Below are positions 41,517 through 49,992 of a DNA stretch of 64,000 nt, one piece after another. The stretch is from an uncultured Rhizobium sp. (GTDB lineage Bacteria > Bacteroidota > Bacteroidia > NS11-12g > UBA955). The notes under the pieces were generated by a model. That model was not told the DNA's origin. It did no database searches and saw only the letters and a list, made by a program, of their open reading frames with translations. Positions within the stretch are counted from its first letter, which is position 1; each line of letters starts with the position of its first letter. The stretch lies in assembly GCA_964415065.1 (NCBI GenBank), contig CAYPYX010000001.1, positions 35,298 through 99,297 of the forward strand. The letters run 5' to 3'. Both the position numbers and the translations under genes were made by a program.

Positions 41517-41873
41517 GTGATTCTTAAACAAATGCCTGAAATTGCCCTTTACCTTTCTGCCGATAAACACTTATTCGACTATTTAGGTCTTCAAATTTAT
41601 TTGAGTATAAGTGACAATAAACCGTTGACCTTTTATGGTCGTTCCGAATACGATACTCGAATTTCAAAAGCTGTAATCCACTTAAAAGACGGCATTTACA
41701 AAGGAATTGAAATACAAAAAGTAGGAGAGTTCGAAGAATTAGATGAAAATGAAAAGCGCCAATTAATGAAGTTAATTGACGCTAATCTTTCGGATATTAT
41801 AAAGTACTGGATTGATTTTTACGTCTACAAAAAGGAAGTTCCTTTCGAACGAATTTTAAAACCCATTATTTAA
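41517..41873 (+). CDS. hypothetical protein
   Basis: 118-aa ORF with no recognisable motif. Confidence 0.35.
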   Translation: MILKQMPEIALYLSADKHLFDYLGLQIYLSISDNKPLTFYGRSEYDTRISKAVIHLKDGIYKGIEIQKVGEFEELDENEKRQLMKLIDANLSDIIKYWIDFYVYKKEVPFERILKPII

Positions 41874-43941
41874 TTTCCCAACGAAATCCAACATAGGTCA
41901 TTCTACCATTAGCCGGTCCCCAACCAAATCCGGGATCGGTAAATTTGGTTCCAACTAAATTATAGCGTTCAAAAATTGGATTGTTCTGTTTGAAATCACC
42001 TATGTTCTCCATTCCAGTATAAATTTCCCAGCCCTTTTTAAGAACTTTACGAATTTGTAAATTCACAATAGCATAAGTAGGGCTGTATTCTGTATTGTTA
42101 TTGGTAATTTCATAATTAACGATTCGTTTGGGACCATTAATTTGGCTTAGTAAATCAAAATACCATTGGCTTCGAGTTTTGTAATGCAATGTAACTAATC
42201 CACGATGTTTACTTTGGAATGGTTGAATTTGAAATTGATTATTCAGAAACTGTTGATTATTTACATATCGATAAGCCAGTTTTACTTTAAATCGCATTAA
42301 GGGCATGAAACTCCATTCTGCATGAAAACTCTCTGTATATCCAGCTTTATCACCCGTATTTTGAACTAAATTGATGAAGTTTATATCAGCGTCGCGATCA
42401 ATAACAATTTGTGAAATAAATTGGGTTCGAAATACATCCAACATTACGTCGCTAGGAAATCCCAAAAACATAAAATTCTTGATGTATGAAATCCCTGAAT
42501 TCCAACCTTGCTCTTGTTGCATATAAAACGGCAAGGAGTTTCCAGCTGAAACTTGCTCTAAAAATTTACCGTTGATAGCAATTCTTCGATCCGAAAATAA
42601 ATAAGGTAGATTTTCAGCTATTACGATAGGATTTCGACGAGCCATTCCAGTTTGAAAAAACAATTTGTTCTTTTTGTTTATTTCCCACTTACCATGTAAT
42701 CGAGGCACGGCGAACCATCCAAAATAATTGTGATAATCGGCTCTAATTCCTGAAACAACAGTAATATTCTTCTTCTGAAAAACAAATTCGCTGAATGCTC
42801 CGACCTGATTTTCAATGAATTCTTGACTCAAATTATAGGCAAAAATGGTTCCATTCATATTCGATCCTGAAAAATTCTGAGTTGTAATCGCTGCCATAGC
42901 GGTTAAACCCGCTTTAATACCCCAATTTTCAGATAATTCCGATTGAATCAATCCCGAATAATTGGCACGACTCTCAGCAGCCCTGTATGTTCGCATGGTA
43001 TTGGATTGATTGGTTCTGATGTAGTAATTCATTTCGTGGAGAGAAAAATTCAGTACATTTCCAAAAGTAGTTTCACCCATGTTTTCAGGAATTATTCCCA
43101 ATTTGGCGTAGGCTTCCAATCGATTCTCGCGACTATAAATATTAAAATCTCGGGCACTCATACTTATTTCTCTGTTTCCTTCTTTTGGCTTACCACTTTC
43201 CCTTCCATCCGACCAAACCGTAATACCATATTGTCCTTCTGTATGTTTTCTTTGAAAATCTGAGTGATTACTTATGTAAAATCGATTAGAAAGAGGATTG
43301 TCGGAATAACCGTCCTGGTTCATATCTGTGGCCAACCATTGATTTCCATAATGTAAGTAGGTAAAATTGCGAAAATTCTTTTTGTTTTTGGTTTTAACAA
43401 CTGCATTGAATTCCGATCTACCTTGATCACTTTGATAACCATTGATAAAAATTTTGGGATCTTTTGGGGATGCTTTTAACAGGTAATTAATTCCACCTGT
43501 AATTCCTTCGTAACCCAATGTAGCTGAACCTGTACCTTTGGCTATATTCACATCTGATACAAATGGTCCTGGAATATTCGCTAATCCGTTTAACACGGCT
43601 AATCCTTGAAACAGAGGAATATTATCGCGTGTCAACAATACGTAACGACTATGTAACCCGAGCATTTCAACTTGTTTAATTCCACTAACACCATCAGCAT
43701 TAGACACTTCTATAGCATTACTTAAATCAAAACTTTCAGATAGAGTACAACAAGCTGCCTTTTTAAATTCGTTTTCATTTAATTTTTGAGAGAGGATTGC
43801 ACCATCTGAGTTTACCACTTCACCAGATTGCTCACCACGGATATCTACAGGCTGAATTTTGGTTGTATCGGTCGATTGCGCTTTCGATTCAAATACAAGT
43901 GAGCTTACTAACAGTATGAGGATTGCGCTTTTGTTTACCAT
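41866..43941 (-). CDS. TonB-dependent receptor (plug + beta-barrel), no SusD partner
   Basis: Signal peptide from the internal Met MVNKSAILILL. Plug-domain motif ATLGYEGITGGINYLLK. Large beta-barrel. Overlaps the stop of the upstream HMA gene, so the two form an operon. Confidence 0.8.
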   Translation of the reverse strand: MVNKSAILILLVSSLVFESKAQSTDTTKIQPVDIRGEQSGEVVNSDGAILSQKLNENEFKKAACCTLSESFDLSNAIEVSNADGVSGIKQVEMLGLHSRYVLLTRDNIPLFQGLAVLNGLANIPGPFVSDVNIAKGTGSATLGYEGITGGINYLLKASPKDPKIFINGYQSDQGRSEFNAVVKTKNKKNFRNFTYLHYGNQWLATDMNQDGYSDNPLSNRFYISNHSDFQRKHTEGQYGITVWSDGRESGKPKEGNREISMSARDFNIYSRENRLEAYAKLGIIPENMGETTFGNVLNFSLHEMNYYIRTNQSNTMRTYRAAESRANYSGLIQSELSENWGIKAGLTAMAAITTQNFSGSNMNGTIFAYNLSQEFIENQVGAFSEFVFQKKNITVVSGIRADYHNYFGWFAVPRLHGKWEINKKNKLFFQTGMARRNPIVIAENLPYLFSDRRIAINGKFLEQVSAGNSLPFYMQQEQGWNSGISYIKNFMFLGFPSDVMLDVFRTQFISQIVIDRDADINFINLVQNTGDKAGYTESFHAEWSFMPLMRFKVKLAYRYVNNQQFLNNQFQIQPFQSKHRGLVTLHYKTRSQWYFDLLSQINGPKRIVNYEITNNNTEYSPTYAIVNLQIRKVLKKGWEIYTGMENIGDFKQNNPIFERYNLVGTKFTDPGFGWGPANGRMTYVGFRWEIK

Positions 43942-44327
43942 TTTTCCTCCGTTCTGTACTTGCAACAACCAGGTAAATTTTCATAAACCAAATTATCCGC
44001 CTTCACCTTATCTGTATCGTGTCCAGCTGCTGCAATGATATTATGAATCTGAATTTCTGTGAAGGCCGCTGAATTATATTCTAAGAACAATCGGTGATTT
44101 TCTAAATCGTAATAGGCTTTGTAAATTCCTTTTTTGTCTAAAACACTTTCAATACGTTCCTTACACATGTCACAATTACCTCCAACTTCAAAAGAAGTGG
44201 TAATTTTTTGTCCTTTGGGTGTTTTTACAGTGGAACAACTGGGAATTGTTAATGCCATAACCAGTAGACTGAATATGCCCCAAAATATTATTACTATTTG
44301 ATTTCTGTTTTTAAATGTTTGTTTCAT
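43935..44327 (-). CDS. heavy-metal-associated (HMA) domain lipoprotein
   Basis: Lipobox (LTIPSC). HMA-like metal-binding loop FEVGGNCDMCKERIE (CxxC). C-terminal CC dipeptide. Confidence 0.7.
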   Translation of the reverse strand: MKQTFKNRNQIVIIFWGIFSLLVMALTIPSCSTVKTPKGQKITTSFEVGGNCDMCKERIESVLDKKGIYKAYYDLENHRLFLEYNSAAFTEIQIHNIIAAAGHDTDKVKADNLVYENLPGCCKYRTEEKW

Positions 44328-44373
44328 ATCGTATTATTTTTTTAACCCTTTGGGATAGCAATGTTATTTTTTT

Positions 44374-44398
44374 GATCAAATAACGCATTTATTTGATC
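44374..44398. promoter_or_regulatory. Perfect 10-5-10 inverted repeat GATCAAATAA-cgcat-TTATTTGATC, 47-71 bp upstream of the HMA/TonB operon start. Candidate repressor operator.
   Basis: The palindrome was read directly from the sequence. Its position relative to the start codon at 44327 (minus strand) is consistent with an operator overlapping a promoter. Confidence 0.4.
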
Positions 44399-44766
44399 CA
44401 TTATATTTCACTAATCTCAATCTTAGTTTAAAGTATTTTCACCTAAGATTGTTGTTTACTCAATTTTTTAAAAAAAGTTTTTGATTGTTGAAAACTAACT
44501 TTCGAACCCGTAATTTACTTTCGTATCGTTTCTTTAAGTCAGACGCAAATCAGATTGATATTGCCGCTAAAGTGGAAATTGCTCGATTATTATTGAAAAT
44601 ATGTAATTTAGTTTATTGAATATCAGAATTTATATATTGCAAATAAATTTATTTACAATGTATTGAAATTGAAAAAACAAGAAGACTTATTTAAACAATT
44701 TGTTGAACTCAATAAATTAAGGTTACGAGCAACATCTACTTAAAAAGCAGTATATCTTTTTGAAAT

Positions 44767-45420
44767 CTAAATTATCCAAACGCAAAAACTCGAAGAGAAA
44801 TCTTCGAAACACGGGACATATTGATCGGATCGCTCAATGTATTTTGAATGAAATACATTCTTTTGTGCAACTGATTTGTATTGCACTATTTCGTTATTAC
44901 TCAGAACATGTTTCCATGTAATATTTGGGATGTAATTGGTTGTTTCTTCTAAAAACTTGGGTGTGAAATAATAAAGATTCAATAAAGTACAACACTTGAT
45001 CTGTACTTTAGAATTATCTCTACAACAAGGATGTTCGTCGGATGTAAAAATCCACGATGACAAATTATCCCACAAAGGGTCACTCGATTCTTCCTTAGTT
45101 GTGTAATCCTGTAATCGAGTTAGCTCCGATGTTTTATTATTAGATTTTTTAGGGGTGCAACAACTTTTTTTCTTTTTAGGTTTTGGAGAATCAAATTCCG
45201 AAGTGTTGTTAGTTTGGAAGTTCTCAGAACCTGAAAATTGACTGATATTGTTACGTTTTGGTTTAAAAGCATCTGAAGTGCCTTGCCAATTTTCTTGTTG
45301 TAATTTATAGTTGAAACCTGTGCTCAAATCTGAGTCATGACATACTTTAATTGCAAAGTCAACCATGCCATTGCTTAACAGCGTGATTGCAATTAATAGG
45401 TATGCTACAAATTTTCGCAT
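44767..45420 (-). CDS. hypothetical secreted Cys-rich protein (three CC dipeptides, Lys-rich segment)
   Basis: Signal peptide (MRKFVAYLLIAITLLSNG). SCCTPKK, HPCCRDN and KCCTLL motifs. No recognisable domain. The ORF is open to 45438; the start was chosen at the internal Met. Confidence 0.45.
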   Translation of the reverse strand: MRKFVAYLLIAITLLSNGMVDFAIKVCHDSDLSTGFNYKLQQENWQGTSDAFKPKRNNISQFSGSENFQTNNTSEFDSPKPKKKKSCCTPKKSNNKTSELTRLQDYTTKEESSDPLWDNLSSWIFTSDEHPCCRDNSKVQIKCCTLLNLYYFTPKFLEETTNYIPNITWKHVLSNNEIVQYKSVAQKNVFHSKYIERSDQYVPCFEDFSSSFCVWII

Positions 45421-45484
45421 ATTCGAATATACAAACATAATTTGTTTTGCGAAAGTTTAAAGGCTAATATCGCATATACATTCT

Positions 45485-47251
45485 ATGATACAACGAATTT
45501 TTCGACGTAAAACTGACTTTGCTATAAATACTTCTCATAATTTAAGTCGCGTTTTAGGTGTTAAGGACTTGACTTTATTTGGTATAGCAGCCATTATAGG
45601 GGGTGGGGTTTTTAGTTCGATTGGTAAAGCATGTGCCACTGGTGGACCAGCCGTAATTTGGTTATTCATTTTAAGTGCCATCGCTTGTGGTTTTGCAGCC
45701 TTAAGTTATGCGGAATTCGCAAGTAGAATACCTGTTTCGGGAAGTGCTTACACCTATGCTTATGCAACTTTTGGCGAACTGTTTGCTTGGATAATTGGAT
45801 GGGCACTTCTAATGGAATATTCCATCGGAAACATATATATCGCTTTTTCATGGAGTGGATATTTCAATCACTTAATGGAAGCAATTGGTATTCATTTACC
45901 TAGTTGGTTGACAACGGATTATTCTACTTCACATCGTGTATTTTTGAAGTTCGTTGATCATCCTCTAATACAAGACTTCCTCTCCAAAGACCATGCGAAT
46001 TCACAAGTTCAAAGCTTTTTATGGTTAAAAAAAGATGCCATTAATGCAACTACCGACGAAATTCAAGCGATTTCTGCTTGGTTTAAGGCACCTAAATTAG
46101 CCGGGCTGCGTTTGATTTTTGACGCGCCAGCATTATTCATCAATGCCATAATTACTATATTAGTTTACAGAGGAATCAAAGAATCCAGAAATGCAAGTAA
46201 CATAATGGTATACATTAAGTTATTGGTTGTTATTTTAATAATTGCTGTAGGTGCATTTTACATAGATTTTGACAATTACACGCCATTTATGCCCAATGGA
46301 TTTGAGGGAGTAATGGCTGGTGTATCCGGTGTGTTTTTCACATACATTGGATTTGATGCTGTAAGCACGTTAGCTGAAGAATCTAAAAATCCCCAACGAG
46401 ACCTTCCCAAAGGAATGTTCTATTCTTTAATCATTTGCACGGTATTGTACATTCTAGTTTCTTTGGTGCTTACCGGAATGGCACCATTCAATTTACTAGA
46501 TGTTGACGATCCGTTGGCTTTTGTTCTGAATTATAAATCTATTCATTGGTTAGAATATTTTGTATCAGTGAGTGCTATTATTGCTATGGCCAGCGTTTTA
46601 TTGGTGTTTCAAATGGGACAGCCCCGTATATGGATGACCATGAGCAGAGACGGATTACTGCCACCCGCATTTTCAAAAATACATCCTAAATATCACACAC
46701 CAGGTTTCGCGACAATTGTTACAGGCTTAGTTGTTGGAGTACCCATATTATTTACTGACGAATCCTTCGTATTAGATTTTACGGCAATCGGAACTATATT
46801 TGCGTTTATATTGGTTTGCGGAGGTGTATTGTTGCTACCATCTCAAGAAACTAATACAAATACTGATTCAATCGGAGAAAAACGATTTAAGTTGTACTTC
46901 ATAAATGCGAAATTTGGTTTCCCTGTTGTCCTTTTTGTGATCATTGGAATTGTTGCGTATTGGTTTCCTAACTATTTTTCGAGTTTGGGGGATGATATAG
47001 CAAACATGAATTTAACTTTTGCTCAAGTTGCACACATTTTATTTTGGGCTTTGCAATTGATATTGTTGATTTTAAGTTGGACAAAGAAGCTAAATTTAAT
47101 ACCAATGTTAGGGATAACCACTTGTACTTTTCTATTAACAGGGATGGAACAAGATAATTGGAAATGGTTTGGTATTTGGTTTTTAATTGGCTTGGTTGTT
47201 TATTTTATTTATGGGTTTAGGAAAAGCAAATTAGCAGCAGTTAAAATCTAA
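45485..47251 (+). CDS. amino acid permease (APC superfamily) with a C-terminal extension
   Basis: 12-TM APC core (GGGVFSSIGKA, FSWSGYF, FTYIGFDAVST) plus about 130 extra C-terminal residues carrying additional TMs. Confidence 0.85.
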   Translation: MIQRIFRRKTDFAINTSHNLSRVLGVKDLTLFGIAAIIGGGVFSSIGKACATGGPAVIWLFILSAIACGFAALSYAEFASRIPVSGSAYTYAYATFGELFAWIIGWALLMEYSIGNIYIAFSWSGYFNHLMEAIGIHLPSWLTTDYSTSHRVFLKFVDHPLIQDFLSKDHANSQVQSFLWLKKDAINATTDEIQAISAWFKAPKLAGLRLIFDAPALFINAIITILVYRGIKESRNASNIMVYIKLLVVILIIAVGAFYIDFDNYTPFMPNGFEGVMAGVSGVFFTYIGFDAVSTLAEESKNPQRDLPKGMFYSLIICTVLYILVSLVLTGMAPFNLLDVDDPLAFVLNYKSIHWLEYFVSVSAIIAMASVLLVFQMGQPRIWMTMSRDGLLPPAFSKIHPKYHTPGFATIVTGLVVGVPILFTDESFVLDFTAIGTIFAFILVCGGVLLLPSQETNTNTDSIGEKRFKLYFINAKFGFPVVLFVIIGIVAYWFPNYFSSLGDDIANMNLTFAQVAHILFWALQLILLILSWTKKLNLIPMLGITTCTFLLTGMEQDNWKWFGIWFLIGLVVYFIYGFRKSKLAAVKI

Positions 47252-47290
47252 ATGGTTTGAAGCGGTTAAAATTGATTGAAATTTAAAAAT

Positions 47291-47587
47291 ATGAGTAATC
47301 CAAAAGATAAAGACCCGTCTATAGCATCTGTTTTACAAAACATGTACAAACGCTACAGATTGGATGTGAAAGCGAGTGAGATAAATATTAAAAAGGACTG
47401 GGAAGCTATTGTTGGTCCGGTGATTGCAAAACATACAGTTCAAATTGAATTAAAGAGTAAGACATTGTATCTTAAATTCGATAATCCACCCTTAAAGAAC
47501 GAAATGTTCTTGCAACGAGACTTGTTATTAGCAAAGGTTAACGAACATTTTGGTCTTGTTGTTGCGGAGAAAATATTTGTGGGCTAA
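47291..47587 (+). CDS. DUF721 domain-containing protein
   Basis: About 100 aa. The LQNMYKRYRL...IKKDWEAIVGPVIAKHT...L.L.F.N pattern is typical of DUF721. ATG at 47291; the ORF track offers a TTG at 47276. Confidence 0.6.
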   Translation: MSNPKDKDPSIASVLQNMYKRYRLDVKASEINIKKDWEAIVGPVIAKHTVQIELKSKTLYLKFDNPPLKNEMFLQRDLLLAKVNEHFGLVVAEKIFVG

Positions 47588-47694
47588 TATGAACTATTTA
47601 GTCTGGGAAAAGCTCTCAGCATTGATAGTATTTGAGTTATGATTTGAACAAATGAGTTCAATTTACGATTTATTAAATAAGAATAGCACCCAGT

Positions 47695-47817
47695 TTCGTT
47701 TTCTGCAGTTCAGCTTTATCAATGGATGTGTTTAATTCGAATTCTCTGAAAGGGTAATTGTTTTCACCTTCGTTTTCTGCAGTTCAGCCTTATCAATGGA
47801 TGTGTTTAATTCGAATC
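47695..47817. repeat. Tandem direct repeat of a 48/49-bp unit (47695-47743 and 47769-47817, 1 mismatch, period 74 bp). It spans and duplicates the 3' end of the yihY-family gene.
   Basis: Read directly: ttcgttttctgcagttcagcTttatcaatggatgtgtttaattcgaat versus ...cagcCttatc.... Confidence 0.75.
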
Positions 47818-48796
47818 CTACTATAATTAGAAATGAGTTAATATAAATCAATACCATTAAAGCTAAAATGGCACCTATTGATCCATAAATCTTATTGTAA
47901 CTGTCAAAATTATTTACATAAATAGTAAAACCAAAAGTGGAAATGATCGACAGTGTCCCAGCCAAAAGTGATCCAGCTGAGAAAAATTCCCACCGCTTTT
48001 TATTGGAAGGACCAAAATAGTAAATCGAAGATATCACCAGTACAAACAAACCCGTGATTAGCATGTATTTTAATAGCTCAATAATAAAACTAATTACTGA
48101 AATCAATGGCCAGTCATTTGATTCCATATAATTCTCTATCTGATATGCCCAAGTCACTAAAACTAGAAATACGATGATCAGAACAGACAAAATAAACGTG
48201 AGAAAAATAGCTTTAAAACGAATGTAAAGCCAATTGTGTTTCACAAATTGACCAATCGCTAATCTACGATTAAATGAGTTAATTAGAATATGAAAAGCAT
48301 TTGATGCGAAATAAATCGTTAATAAAAAACCGAAGGAAAGTAACTTAGAGTTCTGCTTATTTAATATTTCTAAAATTGTATCAGCTATTTGTTCATAGGT
48401 AGAATTAGGCAGTATTATGGAAAGTTGCTCGATAAATTGAGTTTTCATTCCCTTAATAGGTAAGAAAGCAATCAGTGTCAATAGAAAAATCAAAGCAGGA
48501 AATAAGGCAAGAAAAAAATTGAAACTCAACGATGAAGCACGAATACTCAAATTCTCTTTAAAAATAGAGCGAAGGAAATACTTTCCTACATCATAAAAAC
48601 TGTGTCCTTTGAATCCTTTTACTGTTCGACTCTGTAAAAAGAATATGATTTTTTTAATTAGCCAATGTTCCTGAAATTCTTTGTTATTTAAAACGTCGTT
48701 AACTTCATCATTCGTGGAATTATTGTCGTCATTTTCCAGATTTGAGGTTGGAAAATTGCGCATATTCTTATTAAATGATTTGTATAACTTAGACAC
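47732..48796 (-). CDS. YihY/BrkB-family membrane protein (formerly annotated as ribonuclease BN)
   Basis: 6-TM core with FLALFPALIFL and YGS.GA...L.W.Y motifs typical of the YihY family. Confidence 0.8.
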   Translation of the reverse strand: MSKLYKSFNKNMRNFPTSNLENDDNNSTNDEVNDVLNNKEFQEHWLIKKIIFFLQSRTVKGFKGHSFYDVGKYFLRSIFKENLSIRASSLSFNFFLALFPALIFLLTLIAFLPIKGMKTQFIEQLSIILPNSTYEQIADTILEILNKQNSKLLSFGFLLTIYFASNAFHILINSFNRRLAIGQFVKHNWLYIRFKAIFLTFILSVLIIVFLVLVTWAYQIENYMESNDWPLISVISFIIELLKYMLITGLFVLVISSIYYFGPSNKKRWEFFSAGSLLAGTLSIISTFGFTIYVNNFDSYNKIYGSIGAILALMVLIYINSFLIIVGFELNTSIDKAELQKTKVKTITLSENSN

Positions 48797-48808
48797 TTTA
48801 AATAATTA

Positions 48809-49201
48809 TTATTCAAATGATTTCAAATATTTTTCAGGCAATCTCATCGGACGCATGTTCACTTTATTTACGAAGAACATTTCGGTGGTTGCATTGGTCA
48901 AAAGAATACCATCCTGATTGTAAATTTCATATTTAAAGTCACATCTTACATTGGTTTCACCTACTACTTCAACGGTTATTTTCAGCAAATCATCGTATTT
49001 CGCAGCTTTAATAAATTGAAAAGACATGGATCTAACAGGCATAATAATTCCGTCGTCTTCCATATCTTTATAAGTTATTCCTCTAGCTCTCAAAATTTCG
49101 GTACGAGCCTCTTCCAAATACATGGCATAATTTGAATGGTGAACAAAGCCCATTCGATCACATTCTGCGTATCTCACTCTGATAAAATGTTCGTAGACCA
49201 T
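48809..49201 (-). CDS. acyl-CoA thioesterase, YbgC/4HBT hotdog-fold family
   Basis: N-terminal VRYAECDRMGFVHHSNY motif typical of 4HBT thioesterases. Confidence 0.8.
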   Translation of the reverse strand: MVYEHFIRVRYAECDRMGFVHHSNYAMYLEEARTEILRARGITYKDMEDDGIIMPVRSMSFQFIKAAKYDDLLKITVEVVGETNVRCDFKYEIYNQDGILLTNATTEMFFVNKVNMRPMRLPEKYLKSFE

Positions 49202-49253
49202 TATATTTTTTACAATTTAACTTTTTTTATGAATAGTTTGGGTTCTAAAATTT

Positions 49254-49985
49254 TCAAAAGCGCAAAACAAACTCTTGTTTGGGTTGCTCTTTTCTAACAA
49301 AAAATAGACCAACTTCAAATAAATCAATACTTACCGTGATCCGAGGATCATTTTTCATACGCATAAAATTGATAAGAGTGCTCTCGTTGTTGCGCAATCC
49401 ATTAATAATAATTATATCGTCATTTTTGATTGATGAATACACGTTTTCTATTTCTGACCAAAAAGAATCCTCATTAAGAATACTCCAATGAAACAGAAAA
49501 AGGGTAGGCTGCGCATCTAATTTATCTACCACTGTAATTTCAGAAAAATCATGATTTTCCCAAAAATCCAGATTGCACTTTTCTTTAACTTGGTTTTTTT
49601 CAGAATTGAAATATGAATACGAGAATGGTCGTTTCATATCAAGAAAAGATTCTAAAATATAGTTAGTTTCTATTCCAGAACACCAACCAAATTCTCGAAC
49701 ATTACCCACATTATAATACGTGCAAATCCGATACAGTAATCGACAAAATTTAGACCCAAGAGTGTAATTATCAACAAAGTAGGACAGAGAATATTGTGAA
49801 AATTTCCCTTTGCTTTGAATCATTTGAGTTCTCTGAAACTCAATGGATTCATTCAGTTTGCCAGATTTTGCATATAAAACTTGATCGGCGAATGAATAAA
49901 CAAATGGAGAATGTGTGCCGTGTCTGTTATTAGACTTCAGCAGATATCCCCAATAATCCAACCATTTACCTAGTTTTTCAAGCAT
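49254..49985 (-). CDS. putative class I SAM-dependent methyltransferase-like protein
   Basis: VREFGWCSGIET resembles methyltransferase motif I (E/DxGxGxG). Similarity is weak. Confidence 0.45.
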   Translation of the reverse strand: MLEKLGKWLDYWGYLLKSNNRHGTHSPFVYSFADQVLYAKSGKLNESIEFQRTQMIQSKGKFSQYSLSYFVDNYTLGSKFCRLLYRICTYYNVGNVREFGWCSGIETNYILESFLDMKRPFSYSYFNSEKNQVKEKCNLDFWENHDFSEITVVDKLDAQPTLFLFHWSILNEDSFWSEIENVYSSIKNDDIIIINGLRNNESTLINFMRMKNDPRITVSIDLFEVGLFFVRKEQPKQEFVLRF

Positions 49986-49992
49986 TAAAATG

